From Rhina ancylostomus (Eukaryota), in NCBI GenBank assembly GCA_030265395.1, contig JARFYF010000084.1, forward strand, positions 76,806,960 to 76,870,959: DNA of 64,000 nt, in the 5' to 3' direction. Each line of letters starts with the position of its first letter. Position 1 is the stretch's first letter. A program made the position numbers and the translations under genes. This document shows positions 49,983 through 64,000 of the stretch, piece after piece. Below the pieces are notes generated by a model, which was not told the DNA's origin, searched no databases, and worked only from the letters and a program-made list of their open reading frames with translations.

Positions 49983-52900
49983 CAGTTATTGCACTGCAGA
50001 AGTGAGACTACAGTAAAAAGTTGATAGTCATATGATTTTAAGTGGCAAGATTACAGAAATACACAAATCGCTTGCTAGGAAGGAGCACATAACTAAGTTA
50101 TAGTCCAGAATTCAACAGAAGGAGAATGTGGCCCCTCTCTTGCTCCCTCATTTGCCTCAGCCTTCTGTAAATCATTTTATTGTATGAACCTTAGATGAAA
50201 AAGATATTACCAGGAAGGAGACTCAGGTGAAGTAGTATACTTCAAAATGCTCAAGACAGCCTCCTCCTATTTCACTTACACTAATAATTCGTAAATTATT
50301 CAGGAGCATGAAATTATTACAACAGTAACATTCAATTATATATCACCTTTGAAATTGCAAACATCCCGTAATGCTTAAAATGGAAAAGAAAAATGCTCAA
50401 CAGGCAGTAGTGGGAGAGACCATTGATAGTGGAAAAAGAAATACTAAACCACAAAAGGCGGGAAAGCTGTTTGCTGTTATATGGGACGTGGAGATTTCAG
50501 GGTTCAGCTCAAAATCAAAGGCTCCACTCCATTAGGTTCAATCCAAGTGCACGGCTATGGAGTGTTGTGAAGAAAGCAAGATGAAGTCCTGGGGAAATAT
50601 TTAAACTGTTTTATCATAGCTACCCAATATTAGGTCCATATAAAGTTCAACCTTATTCCAAACCAGAGACTGGAGTTGGGGTGGAAGGGGTAGGCCGAGA
50701 CAAGGTGAAAAGCTACTTGGCAGCAACCAAATAGAAATTGACTCATCTTTACTGATAGTTGGGGGTGGAGAAGGAGGATGGTGGTATAAAAACAAAAAAC
50801 TGGGAGGCAGCAAAATAGATGCAACCAAGCCAGCAGGAAATTATTGCAAGAGCTGAGCCAGCACCTGAGATGGAATAAAGTAAAACTGAGCAAAGGAAGG
50901 GCTACAGAAGAGAATGGAACTGTTGGCTGTATCGAAAACCATGGGGATTATTTTGAAGATAAAGGTTAGGGTACTTTTTACAATTACATAAACATGACGA
51001 CAAAATATTATGGATACTATCAACAAGAGAAATCATACCAGAAATCAACTGGAAAGGTCATGGCTCGATGGCAACTAATTGTTCAGGGAAAGTGACCAGT
51101 GCCACCTATGAAAGGCAATGGGCTCAGGACACAGGGGGAACTCAATGGACACCTTTTTGTATGATTAATGGAAGAAGCAAAAAACAAATCGGGGGGGGGT
51201 GGGAAGAAAGAAATCAGATGGAAAAGAGCTTAAGACTCTCCTTGGACTCCAAGATGACTCAAGTGGGAAGAGGGAGAAGCATCATCACTTCAGGTAAGAT
51301 GTGCCAATACCCAGGGGCCTGAAAGAACACAAGGAGGAAAATATGCGGAGGATGGGGAATCGAAGGCAGATGTTCTTAAGCACATTGAAAGCAATGTTAA
51401 TTAAAGCAAGAGGACAGAGGTTGGTGATGCCGAGAGAACCGTGCAGTAGGGGTGAGGTCAAAAAATAAAGGAAAGCAAGTTTTGTTTGCCCAGCCATCTC
51501 AATGTGGAATGCAAGAACAGGGAGTTATGGAGAACAATGGGTTTTGAGGGAATGACCTTCTCAGTGAAAAAAATCATTGCAATGTAAATTTCCTGGGTGG
51601 CTACTTCAGGAAAAGAGGCCGGATAGGGAAGAAAAAAAAATATTCCTGATTGTAATATCAATAACCATCAAAAGCAGAGCAATAGGTTTTCTAGAGCCAG
51701 ACTACTCCATCCAAACAACCTTGCTTATAAATAAAATCGAATTGTAGCTCATAGGTGATTTTCTGCAATTCAAGTGGACATAGGACAAAAAAATTTTCAA
51801 GTGACTGCCAAAATAAGCATCAGCAATAGACTGCATTCACAGAACTTTTTCTTCCTATCTATTGATGGAAATAATTTTATCTAAACTTGTGTGCCAGAAT
51901 TTAACACCCATCACTAAATCTTCGATTTTATTGCATCATAAACTGAATCACAGTTACATAAATTACACTGCTACAAATATTGCAGGATTAGTTTTGATCA
52001 AGGAATTGTATCATTCAATTAATTTACTTTTTTAACCTTCTTCTTTTCTCCCCTGCAGCATTGAGACATACACTACACGTTGCCACCAACACCATTTCTA
52101 GATCACAAAATGGAAGACTAGCAATCCACTCAACTGGGTCCACCCCATAGCCAGGAAGGGTCCAGCATGCCACTGCACAGTCAAACTTGCTATCCTAGAA
52201 GTGGAATCAGAGACTCAGTAACTCATCACTTTACAGCATTGCCTGAGGAATAAAGAAAATAAAGGAACTGTACTTAGCACCTAAAGACAGCTCACCAATG
52301 TACATTTTTTTGGAACCAAACAAGAATATTGGAATGTGTCCAGAACTTTCTCCTAAACCATCAACGCTTCAAGCTATTACAGATTTTACTGCTGATGAAA
52401 CACTCCCTGGTGTGTAAGCCAGGTCTTTAAAACATTGAAAGCTCCTTGTCTCACTGCTTTATGGTACCTGAAAGTATTGACCATTATTAATTTTGTAAGC
52501 TCTAAGTGGAAGATGAAATCAGTAATGTTTTTGTAATGTTCATAAAACTCCAGCTTAGTTTAATGCTGGTCACAGTTCATTCCCCAAAACATCAGAGATG
52601 AATTTATTTGCGGTATCTGCAAGCCAAGAATAACTACTTAGGTGTGCAGTGCAGTTATGGCTCCACTAGAGTGTTGTTCAGCATGATGATGAGATTTGAA
52701 TTTAAATTACTGGAGGCCAAATCAACTTCAGTTTCATAGTTGGACTGATAAAGCACTGATATGCTAACCCTCCCCAAAACACATCTTTCAGATAATTGAA
52801 ACACACGTGTCCAGAGTACTTCAGAGCACTATTAGATGGAATACCATCCCAGCCATTCTTTAATGGGTGTTGAGTCACAAACCTGAGACTGGTTATACTG

Positions 52901-53194
52901 CTAAACTCTAGAAATTTGTGCAAGCCAAAGACCCATAGTGGAGGTTTTCCTGAACAAGCAGCAAGCTGCCCAGTCTTGACTACTGGTAGATTGAATGGCT
53001 GGCATGGCCATAGAACCCTTGAACATGCTTGTGAATGTTAAATGCTCATTTGTTTCATGTTAATAAACAAATCAGTCATTAAGTGGGCATATTCCAATGT
53101 AGCCAAGTGCAAATTCTTATCAGTAAGAAATTCTATCTGTGTGAATTTTCCTGCGGTTTCCTTCACACCATTTAGCTTGGCCAATTCGACAGAT

Positions 53195-53548
53195 TCAAAA
53201 GAGAGATACAGCATAAAAAAAGTCTTTGGCCCATCAAGTCCGTGCCGATCATCAAGCACCCATTTTACTGTAATCCTATCCTTATCCATTTTATTCTCCT
53301 AACATTATNNNTCAACTCAGATTCTACCACTCATCTGCATACATGAGCAATTTACAGTGGCCAATTAACCTACCAAGCCAAACATTTGTGGGATAATTTG
53401 AGGAAACTGGAGCACCGTGGGGGTAATCCACGTCGTCACAAGGAGAGCATGCATGCTTCACGCAGACAGCATTGGTGGTCAGGATTGGACCAGGGTCACT
53501 GGAGCTGTGAGGCAGCAGCTCTACAAGCTGCACCACAGTGCAACCATG
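53195..53548 (-). mobile_element. HE1/V-SINE-type SINE with CR1-like tail
   Basis: Reverse complement: ggttgcactgtggtgcagcttgtagagctgctgcctcacagctccag head, V-domain, tail ggcacggacttgatgggccaaagact...tatgctgtatctc. Confidence 0.7.
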
Positions 53549-54324
53549 TGGAATTGTTTCCACATGGGCAAGGTCTTGGCTATCCAAAAAGGACTGCTTT
53601 AATTAAAAGTTTCTTTAACTGAGAAAGGGATTTGAGGAAAAACTCTTTTCTGACAAAGGAATGCAGAACAAGACAGAATTACAGGTTGGTTGCTCAGGAA
53701 TAAAGCAGTGCTTTTCCTCACATGAAAGATAATGGAAACACCGAACCTGCTGCTACAAAAGGCTGTGGATCCCAGGAAGTTTCTGCAATTTTTAAAACAA
53801 AGATAGATTTTTGTAAGCCAAAAAGGTATTGAGATATATAGAACAAATTCAGTAAATGAAGTTGCGATACAGATCAGACAATTCTCAGTAACAGTTTCTA
53901 TTAATACACCATCTTTAACATCACAAGAGCAGCCCAAGGCAATACAGCAAAGTATTAACAAAAAGCTGACACCATTCCATTTCAGCAGATAGTATGGCAA
54001 ATGGCCAAAGCTATGGTCTAAAGAGTGGAAAAAAAAATTTGGAGAGGTAGAGCGGTTTAGGGAGGGATCATCAGAGCTTGGGGTCCTGGCAGCTGAAGGT
54101 ACAAGCAACAGTGGAGCCATTAAATTTGTAGATGCTCAAGAAGCTGGAAATAGGGGAATGCAAATCTCAAGGGTTATAATCCTGTAGGAGTTTGCAGAGA
54201 TAGAAAAGGGTGAGACCATGAAGGCATTTAAAATAAAAGGTAATTACTTTGGAATTGTGGCATTGTTTCCCAATGTAAGGCAATGGAGCCAATGTAGGGC
54301 AGCAGACTGTGCAGGATGAAAAAC

Positions 54325-54416
54325 ACTATGATGCTGGAGGAACTCAGCAGGCCAGGCAGCAACCGTGGAGAAAAGGAGGTGGTCAACTTTTCAGGTCAGG
54401 ACCCTACTTCAGGAGT
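54325..54416 (-). mobile_element. Penelope-like 3' module with variant hammerhead, inserted in an L2 remnant (~53900-54720)
   Basis: Reverse complement CTGAAGTAGGGTCCTGACCTGAAAAGTTGACC...tctccacggttgctgcctggcctgctgagttcctccagcatca, close to the copy at 277-360. Confidence 0.65.
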
Positions 54417-55559
54417 CGTGGTCAAACTGGATGGTGTGACTAAGGAAGTGGACATTAATATTTTAGGTTATCTTGCATTTATTTAGAACAAAACAAGGGA
54501 AAGCCAAGCATGAATGAAGGTTCCGACAGCAGGTGAGCTGAGGGAGAGCTAATGTTATGGAGGAGGAAAGAAGTGGTTTCAGCAATGGATTGAAGATTCA
54601 AAATTAAACTCCAGAACAAATATGGTGAGCAGGACAGGCAACAGTCTGGTTCAGCTTCAATTGCCTGGGAGAGGATTGTCATCTGTGATGGGAATCAAAG
54701 ACTCAGAATTTAGGAACAAGCCAAAGTAGCAAAATTGTTTGAGAGGATGTCAATTCCAGTGGCACTCCAATGTTCCCAAACTGATTCACTTGTTAGGAGT
54801 TCCAACAGCATTTAAAAATCAACCACAGTGATCAAACCAGAGTCACCAATAGACCAGATAAAGGACAGATGTTAATATAATTTATCTGATAATCAATAGT
54901 TTAATGATTATTATTACTAATACTGGCTTTTATTCCAGATTCAATTTATTTTAATTTAAATTCTCCAGTTGTTATGGTGGCCACTTAGATGATTCTCTGT
55001 AAAATAGAACCATATGATCTGTGATTTAATCTTCTTTTGTGGTTGTATTGTGGTTACAAGATCTTCGACATTTTCTGCAATGCAAATTATATGTCCAAAA
55101 TTCCAGAAATTATAAAGCACATTTCAGGACCATCATTGTTTCTTACATCTCCCTCTTCAAAAGTTTCTGACTAAATTACCAAACTAGTTAGTTTGCTTTT
55201 CCTTTGTGAAATTAGTATTTGTGGGTGAGTCCTACAGGCTCCCTCTGGAACATGAAAAAAAATAGAGTTTTCCATCCATAACTGTGGCTGCTAAAACACA
55301 TTGCACCGAGCTATGTTTACAATGTTCTTGCTTAAAAGATGATAATTTGATCATCATACCTCCAAAACTTTCACATCTCTGATCATTTAAGCATGACTCA
55401 ATTTACCTTTAATCTCTGCAGATATACTTTAGCAACCTTCATAGAAATGTGTTATATTCAGAAAGTGTGTCTAGTAATAATGCATTTATAATTCAAATCT
55501 GAAAACAATTATACTCTATCAGGACTGTGAAAATGTGAAAAGTAGAAGATATTCAACTA

Positions 55560-55723
55560 TTCTTTCTTGTATAATCTTGTATATTTTTGCTTAAATTGAT
55601 GTTTTTCTTGTGAATGTTGCATATCAGATGTTATGTGCCGCTGATGCTGCTGCAAGTAAGTTTTTCATTGAATCTGTGCATACATGTACTTGTGCATATG
55701 ACAATAAACTCGACTTTGACTTT
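55560..55723 (+). mobile_element. Rex1/Babar-type 3' tail
   Basis: gatgctgctgcaagtaagtttttcattg...catatgacaataaactcgactttgacttt. Confidence 0.55.
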
Positions 55724-56179
55724 GTAATCATAAACTACTTTATAGAGAGCACATTTTAAGCAGTTCTTCCCAAAGCCAAGGCCAGTCTTTGTAGAATAGA
55801 GCTCAAAATGAAAAGCAAACCATTTTTTGAAATCCTTCAAGTTAAATATTTCATTTCTTTTTCAAACACAGCATTTATTTTCTCAGTGAAAGAAGGGGTG
55901 CCCGCTTGATTTGATAGCACTTTCACTTTAAATTCAGATCAAATCCCACTCCAGAATTTCAACAAATAATTCAGACTGACAAAATAATAGTTCTGGGAAC
56001 TACATTGCCAGCCTGGATTTTTTTGTTGATGACGTATCTATGAACGATGTTAAACTTGTCTATTAAATGTTGAAGAGTGCCAGGGGTTTGGTTTTAAGAA
56101 AATCCACTGAGGTTATTGACAAAAATTTCTCTCTTGAAAAACAAAACTGACAAAATGCTAATTTTTCTCATCTGTTGCC

Positions 56180-57500
56180 TAAGACATAAACAGAAGCAGG
56201 AGTAGGCCATCTAGCCCTTGGAGCCTGCTTCATCATTCAAAACCATGGCTGATGATCTACCTCGGCACCATTTTCTGTAATATCCAGAAACCTATTGAAT
56301 TCTTGGAAGAACTCATTAACTGAGCCTGCACAACCTTCCAGGGTAGAGGATTTCACAGATCTGCTACCCTTTGACTCAAGGAATTTACCCTCATCTCAAT
56401 CCTAAATGACCTACCCTTTATTTTGAGACCATGGCACTTACTTCTGGACTCCTCCGACAGGGGTAACAATCTCTCCGAATCCATACAACGGTGAATTTAA
56501 ATTTTGTAAGTTTCAATGAAAGTTCTTCATATTCTTCCAAACCCCAAGAATGTAGATGCAGTCTATTCACTATCCTTCCATGTGGCTAAACCAACATCCT
56601 TTGAACGAGTACAGGGAGTCTTTGCTGCACTCTACTCTATGGCAAGTATATCCGCGTTTAGGTAAGGAGACCAAAACTGGCCACAGTACATCAGATGCAG
56701 TCACACCAAGGCTCTGTATTACTGCAATAGAACCTCTTCACTCCTCTACTCAAATGTTTCTGCAATAAAAGCCAACAAACCATCTGCCAGCCTCAGTACT
56801 TGCTGAACCTGCATACATCTGTGTTTTGTCTACCATAATGGATGATCTCAAAGTTTTCCACATTTTACTCCACCTAGCATTTTCTTACCCTCTGACTTAG
56901 CATGTCCAGTTGCTCTTGAAGCCTGCTTACATCCTCTTCTCGCACACTCCCACCTAGTCTCGTATCATTAGCAAACTTGGAAATGTGACATCTGGCTCAC
57001 TCAGTCAAATCGTTGATGTAGATCATGACCAATTATGGCACACACATTGACCCCGTTGCACCTCGCTAGTCACAGCCTGCCAACCCGAAGAAGTTTTGTT
57101 TATTCCCACTTTTTCAGCCTGTTAACCAGTTTTCAATCCATGCCATTACATTATGCCCAACTCTATGTACTCTAACCTTGACAACTAACTTCCTAGCAAC
57201 TTATCAAAAGTCTTCCAAAATCTAAATAGACCACATCCACTGAAATTCCCTTAAGAAACTCCAGCAGATTATTTAAACGTGACTTCCCTTCCACAAATCA
57301 ATGCTGACTCTGCTCACTTAGTTTCCAGGTACTTTGCTATTCTATCCTTCATTATGGATTTCAGTACTTTTCATTACCATTGATGTTAGGTTAACAATTG
57401 TTTTGCTCCCTGTTTTTCTCCTCCTCCTTAAATATTGGAGTTATTTTTGCTACCCTGCCACCCTCCAATCTGCAGGGGTCATTCCAAGGTCTATAGAAGT
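56180..57500 (-). mobile_element. CR1-type LINE 3' part
   Basis: gaagcaggagtaggccatctagcccttggagcctgct terminus; ggagaccaaaactg and gtatcattagcaaacttggaaat (reverse complement ISKFANDT, a FADD-like RT motif). Confidence 0.7.
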
Positions 57501-57569
57501 CTGAAAGATGATGACAATGCAACCACTTATCTCGATTGCCGATACCCGATCATCAGCTTTTGGTTCACA

Positions 57570-57960
57570 AGGCCAGTGCTCAAGTCTCCATTCTACATTC
57601 AACGATCATGTAGTCTCCACTACGCTAGAGAAACTAAATGCAGACTGGTGATCACTTTGCAAAATACCTCCATTGAATCTGCATAAACAACCCTGAGCTT
57701 CCAGTCTCTTATCACTAATTCTCCGTTCCACACTTACCTTTCAGTCTTTGCCTCCTACACAAGCTCAAGTAACAGCACTTCACCTTCTATTCTGGCAGGC
57801 TGAATCCCTCGGGATACAAGACTCCATTCAATAATTTCAGATAATTAGCCTTTCCAGTTTGTGTCTGAACTGCCCAGATCTGATCGAAGTCATCCACCTG
57901 CAACAGTAACTCAGTTCTTCCTTCTCCACCCAGGCTGTGTGATCTGCCTAGTGTCTCCAG
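57570..57960 (+). mobile_element. Penelope-like GIY-YIG endonuclease remnant
   Basis: tgtagtctccactacgctagagaaactaaatgcagactgg = CSLHYARETKCRL (compare CGLLYIGETKRRL), then gatcactttgcaaaatacctc (DxFAxxL) and a terminal ttcaataatttcagataa (FNNFR*). Confidence 0.6.
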
Positions 57961-59080
57961 GTCAATGCCTTTTATCTCAAGTCTTAAATACAGTAATGAG
58001 GGAATGGCACACTGTCAAAGGGATGGGCTTTTGGAAGTATTATGAAAACAAAACCACATCTGCACTCTCAGACAAATTCAAAAGGTCCAAAAACACTTTA
58101 TGAAAAGAAGATTTGCCTGGTTCTGGAAATTATATCCCTCAATCAACATCACTTCAAAAGAAAAGCGTATATCATTTATCCCATTGCTGTTTAAGTGGCC
58201 CATTTGTGTACAAATTGGCCACAATGCCCCCTAAAAACTTATAAATGAGAAGTATTCAATGCCTGTAATACACTTTAGGACTGACCAAGGTTTTGAAAGG
58301 CACTGTAAAATGCATGTTTGTTTTCAAACAATATAGCTCATATGTATTTTCCTAATGTTGGGTATTACACAGCTGGTGATTTTATTATTTCTCATCACAA
58401 GTGAAGTTGCAGAAAGGTCCTGGGGATTGAATGGTCATATTGAAGAAGTGTTCATTGTTTCTTCACAGCTTTATAAAAGAACCAGCACTTACCGGACATC
58501 ATAATATCCGAACCCAATCATTCCTATAATAACATTGCTCAATTTTAAATGACAGAAATACAATGTCACATTTTTTCTCAAGCAAGATTAAAAGGTAAGT
58601 TGGAGGTAAATTTAATTAGTTGTTAAGGACAGTGAATGTGACACCAAGTAGCTAAGAATTTATAACTTTAGAGAAGGGCAATTAATAAGCAATATTAATA
58701 CACAGCTTTTTGCAAAAGCTCTTGCCTTTTATGGTGGTTGCTGCATTGACTATTGGTACCAAATATGCCAGATAAAGGTCCAACTATTTACAATCAAGTT
58801 GCACTGCTTTGACAGTTGGTCCAAGTGTTGCTGATGTTCAATACCCATTAAAGTAAGGCAATCACTTCATACATTCTACATTATCATTCATTTTCCAGGT
58901 CATACTTTTCAAACCTTTGGTTCACGTGAAATCTTCAGTCACATTAGCACAATACCAATTGTTTTTTGCTTTGTTTGTTCATTGAATTAAAATGCCATTT
59001 GAAACAGCTTGTAATGGGATAAAAACTAAATCTCACTAACACTTAATGGATACATGAGGGATTGCAGATGCTGAAATCTG

Positions 59081-59248
59081 GAGCAAAAAAAATGAACTGC
59101 TGGAGAAACTCACTGGATCAAGCAGCATCTGTGTTGGCTGAAGGATGGTTGATGTAATGGGTCAAGATCCTGCGAAGTTGACCATCCCTCTACCTCCATA
59201 AGTGCTGTCTGACCCACTGAGTTCCTCCAGCAGTTTGTTTTTTTGCTC
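59081..59248. repeat. Fold-back element of two inverted Penelope-like 3' modules
   Basis: gagcaaaaaaaatgaactgctggagaaactcactggatcaagcagca ... tgctgtctgacccactgagttcctccagcagtttgtttttttgctc. Confidence 0.7.
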
Positions 59249-59324
59249 TATTTAAAATAGTTTTTGAAACATTTACTCCAGCAAGCATCAGACTGTCAAC
59301 ACAACTACAATTACAGTATTGAAC

Positions 59325-60176
59325 TGTAAAGTCAGGAGAACACACACCAGTTGTCATTTTGGGGTCAGCGGTGGAAAGGGTGAGCGGCTTCAAGTTCCTG
59401 GGTGTCAACATCTTGGAGGATCTATCCTGGTCTCAACACATCAATGCAATCATGAAGAAGGCACGCCAGTGGCTCTACTTTGTTTGGAGTTTGAGGAGAT
59501 TTGGTATGTCACCAAAGGCACTTGCAAATTTCAATAGATGTACGATGGAGAGCATTCTGACTGGTTGCATCACGGCCTGGTATGAAGGCTTCAATGCACA
59601 GGATCACAAGAGGCTGCAGAGNNNNNNNNNNNNNNNNNNNNNNNNNNNNNNNNNNNNNNNNNNNNNNNNNNNNNNNNNNNNNNNNNNNNNNNNNNNNNNN
59701 NNNNNNNNNNNNNNNNNNNNNTGACTGGTTAAATCACAACAGAGGCTTCAATGCACAGGATCACAAGAGGCTGCAGAGGGTTATAGACTCAGCCAGCTTC
59801 ATCACAGGCACAATCCTCCCCACCATTGAGGACATCTTCAAGAGGTGGTGCCTCAAGAGGGTGGCGCCTCAAGAGGGTGGCATCCATCACTAAGGACCCT
59901 CATCATCTGGGACATACCCTCATCTCGTTACTACTCGTCAGAGGTACAGGACCCTGAAGACCCACACTCAACGATTTAAGAACAGCTTCTTCCCCTCTGC
60001 CATCAGATTTCTGAATGATCCGTGAACCCATGAACACTACCTCATTATTCTTTTCTCTTTGCACTATTTATTTATTTATTTTGTAACTTATAGTAATCTT
60101 ATGTCATGGCACTGCATTGCTGCCACAAAACAAATTTCACGACATACAAGTCCGTGATAATAAACCTGATTCTGAT
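59325..60176 (+). mobile_element. Rex1/Babar-type LINE 3' part (gapped)
   Basis: GSAVERVSGFKFLGVNILEDLSWSQHINAIMKKARQWLYFVWSLRRFGMSPKALANFNRCTMESILTGCITAWY, then TQRFKNSFFPSAIRFLN, with tail gtgataataaacctgattctga. Confidence 0.85.
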
Positions 60177-63100
60177 CAATATACAATGGTTTAGAAAAGC
60201 TCCATCCTGATTTTGGTTACACCTCTGGGGTATAACTATTCATTGCCTTTTACAAATTGAAATACCAGCCTTTCATTTACAAGAACAGGACTAGTGTGTG
60301 GTAAAGAGAAGAAACATCACAAAACTTTGCAGAGACAAAATGGCTTCACTTAATGAAGTAATCTTCCGCCTATATCATTTAAACAATAATCTGCTTGGAC
60401 ACATTCAAAAAATATCCCACTGAATATCAAGTTTACTTGATGGAAGGCATTATGATATCTTTCACTAAAAAGTTTCCCTATATCACATAGTCAGAAGTGG
60501 GATAATCACTGGATGGTTCCACATGCAACTCCTCAGATACCAACACTCTGCCCACACACAACATTCAGGCTTAAGCTGATTAGTGATCAGCAACATTACC
60601 ACCACAGACAATGATCACCGCCAAGAAGAAACAGACTAAAAACCTCCCCTCCATATTCAAAGTATTAAAGTTGCTGATCACCACCATCAAAATCCCAACG
60701 GTTAGCATTAAACAAAGTTTAAATGCAACACTCTAAGAGCAGGGTATAAACTAGGTTCACTGAAGAGAGGAACTTATCTCCTGATTTTTCTGAAATCCTG
60801 TCACTATTGTCAATTCATGTAAAGGAATACCCTTCCNNNNACTGGATGACTATAGCTACAATACTACAGTCCAGGACAAAATAGTCTGTGTGACTGACAA
60901 CACATCCAGAGGGAAATAAAAATCCTCTACTACTGGCATACAGCTGCATTGTGTGCCATCAACAGGATGCACTGCAGAAACCCATCAAGGCTTCATCAAC
61001 TTCCAACCATGAATTCTCATTGATTTTAAAAATATCCATCCAATTGTACAACTAAAATTTATTGGACAGACAGACTTTAAAACCACAACTCACGAGATGC
61101 AGCTTTGCAAGTCTATCTTTGAAACTCATATCTACTTTTGCCTTTCCATATACTGTTTCAGCTGAGTCAGATCATCAATTTACATCTCCGTCTAGGTTTT
61201 CAATGTCAAACCAAGCCTATAGAGGTCTTTAGGTGTCCAGTGAAGCAGTCAAAAATGCATCAAGTTTTGAAGGTTCTGCAGCACAACTGAATGTAATACA
61301 AAGCAATCCTCTTTTATAAAGATACATACAAATGGGACATTAAAAAAATGAATAGATTAAAGCTAACAGAATAAAAATAGATCACATGAAAGTCAGTGAT
61401 GCATGAAACAATTTCCAGCAAGAATTTACAGGAATTGACAGAGCTCAATTTGAAAATGGTTGCATTTAAGTGATAACAGTTTGCCCAGAGCGGGAATGAA
61501 TGAGTAATTCCATCATCAATCAAGCCCACTAAAAAGAGGTAATTACCCTTCCTTGATAGCAATTTTCTGTTGTTGGGAGAAGTTGGTGCAGTTTCTGTCA
61601 AAGGTTCTGTTTCCACCACTCTTTATAGACTGCTTTCAGTCTGGTTATTTTTTTGTATTTGCTACGAGCCCAGAAATGAGATATCTATTGATATCCAGTT
61701 CATTATCTGGCAGCAGCGTCAAACACTAATTCAGAATTGGTCAACTGTTGAGCTAGTTCCCAATCTCAGAATTCCCTTGAAATTGCCTTGCTCCAACCTA
61801 CTCCACTTCCCCTCTACATTACAGGTTTTCCCAATCTGGTTAACTACCCACTCAATGACACACATATACCTGGTTTATGCATCCAACCATTAACAAGTTT
61901 TTGAAGGTCAAAAGTTTAAGAGAGTTATGTTTTAAAATTTGAAGAAACAGAATAAAATTAATTGATCAGACTTGGAATAGTAAAACAGTACTAATTTGAT
62001 TTTTCAGTCATTTAGAATGCAAATATTCACAGTGAAACTTAGGTCCATTGATTAATCACTGTTCATAGTTTGTATATTCATCAGGAGCAAAGCAATCAAC
62101 AGTTAAAAGCAGCAATACCAAGCACAATCCACATGTCTTCAATACTATTTATAACCTGACTACCTAAGTATTGAATTCAAAACCAAACAAGGGCAGTATG
62201 TTCTGGAAATAAACAATAGGACACAAGAGATTATGATCCAAAAAAAGAAATACTAATGCCAGGCTGCCTGTTATAAAATCCAAATAAGAAAATGAAATTT
62301 GCCCAAGGGCAAAATCATATCAAATTGTCATTTGGGTGGGGTAAAAAATCCTGATTCTCAAGTTCATTCTAAAAAAAATGCAGATCACGAGCTGTGTTCA
62401 ATGCAGTCAGTATCATCTATGGGTTTCATCAATTCAATGAGGTATCTATCCAGAATTTTCCATGGTACCAAACTACTCACTTTTGGGGATTGGGAGCATG
62501 CAAGGCCAAACTGCTGGAAAAATTAGTACCATCAGTGACGCAGATTTCAGAATTCTAGGCAAGTATTGAACAGTATAAGCAGCATTAGCTCCAGAGGAAA
62601 AAAACCCTAGAAATCAGCACTGCAACTTAAAGAAAACCATTATTAATAGTACATCCCAAATTAATCCATAATCCTTCCTGAAGCTCTCTCTCCTCTTCCC
62701 AAGACCAAGGAGAAAACACTTCCACAGGCCATCGCAACAGTATTTAGAAACTAATAAGTTACTGTTTCTAGGCACTGGTTTTGAAAGCAACCATGATGCA
62801 TTGCAGACTTTTGAATCCAAGTGAATCATGAGAATTCAGAAAAAGAAATTCTTGCCAGATTAGTCATTGACCAAGTAAGTAAGATCGGTACAAGTTGCAA
62901 GATCTAACATAGAACATTTGAATTCAAACAGGGGTTCTAAAATATTGATTAATAATCTAGGAAACTGAACTGGAAAAATAAGTTTGTGCGGCCAAAACTC
63001 TTCATTTGAGGGAAGATACATTCAGCATCAACCCCATCAAGCCCTGTGAGAATTTCACAAATGTCGGTATGTTAATGGTTAAATCCAAGAGCAAGATCAA

Positions 63101-63764
63101 AGCACCTTCATACACATACATGCAAACCAACAATAGCTCCTAAAGAGCTGAAGCAGCTCCATGACAAGATAACTATGTGTCATGGTTAATGGAGACATCA
63201 ACATGATTACTATTTATTGGAAGAATGCATAAGGTTCACTGTGGGGGGAGGGGGTGAAGGGGGTGTGGGCTCAGCAAAACAATGCTGGTGATCCTCTGAT
63301 CTTAGCTATTTACAACATCCATAAAAATGTACAAATTCACAAATCATAAATCCACTGAAGACATTTTGACACAATGAGAAGAATGCTGGTCCTTTGAATG
63401 TGGGGGCTTAGCTGAGATTCAATCCACTGTTTCTATTCAGGCTCTCATGAAGTAAATCCCAATGATATTGCCAGAATGTGGATGTCAGAACATCTAACTT
63501 ATCCTAACAATTTTCATATTTCAATTTACCTTAAGCAACAGCATGGATCCAACTTGAAATTTGGATGCAAATTTCTAAATGTTTCAAAGTTTTATAAACA
63601 ATATCACATTTCACTTGCCACATATCAGCAATTTAGACCTTCACTCACTGAATCACTTTTAACATAACAGCTTGTTGCACGTGACCCAAGGCAGTTACTT
63701 TCAAGTAATGAAAACTAACATGGAGGATCAATGCAGTAGCCAGAACAGCTTTACTATGAACAAA

Positions 63765-64000
63765 GAATCAGATTTATTATCACAGACTTAAATGACATGA
63801 AATCTGTTGTTTTGCGGCAGCAATACATTGCAAAGATATAAAATTACTATAAATTACAAAAATAAATAAATAGTGCAAAAAGGAGGAAAGCAGCATTCAT
63901 GGAAAGTTCAGAGATCTGATAGCAGAAGGCAAGAAGCTGTTTCTGGATTATTGAGTACGAGTTTTCAGGCTCCTGTACCTCCTCCCAGACAGTAGTAATG
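63765..64000 (-). mobile_element. Rex1/Babar-type LINE 3' end, continuing past the window edge
   Basis: Reverse complement matches the 3' UTR at ~59930-60176 (aatcagatttattatcacagactt; aaataaatagtgcaaa; ctcctgtacctc). Confidence 0.75.

Overview
This is AT-rich eukaryotic genomic DNA with many N gaps. The mix of repeats (V-SINE/HE1-type and DeuSINE-type SINEs, CR1, L2, Rex1/Babar, Penelope-like elements) points to a cartilaginous fish (shark or ray); that is an inference. The whole window appears to lie inside one minus-strand kinesin-3 gene, KIF13A. Four internal motor-domain exons splice in frame with canonical GT-AG sites: a 13-nt microexon (34711-34723), 61 nt (34100-34160), 93 nt (9916-10008) and 181 nt (7813-7993). 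I did not find the flanking exons, so they are probably outside the window or in a gap. Most other ORFs in the track look like noise or decayed transposon coding sequence. The most interesting intronic signals are: (1) about 10 copies of a Penelope-like 3' module with a minimal type I hammerhead-ribozyme motif, one with an intact core next to a GIY-YIG remnant, and several arranged as small fold-back elements; (2) a hairpin with 76-bp arms whose mismatches are mostly G-U wobbles on the KIF13A pre-mRNA strand; (3) a Jerky-like pogo transposase fossil; (4) a CpG-rich Tigger-type MITE with NRF1-like tandem motifs; (5) a ~2.8-kb CpG-retaining block with a CR1 fragment inserted into a Rex1 reverse transcriptase (RT). 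Repeat boundaries and family names were judged by eye and are approximate.
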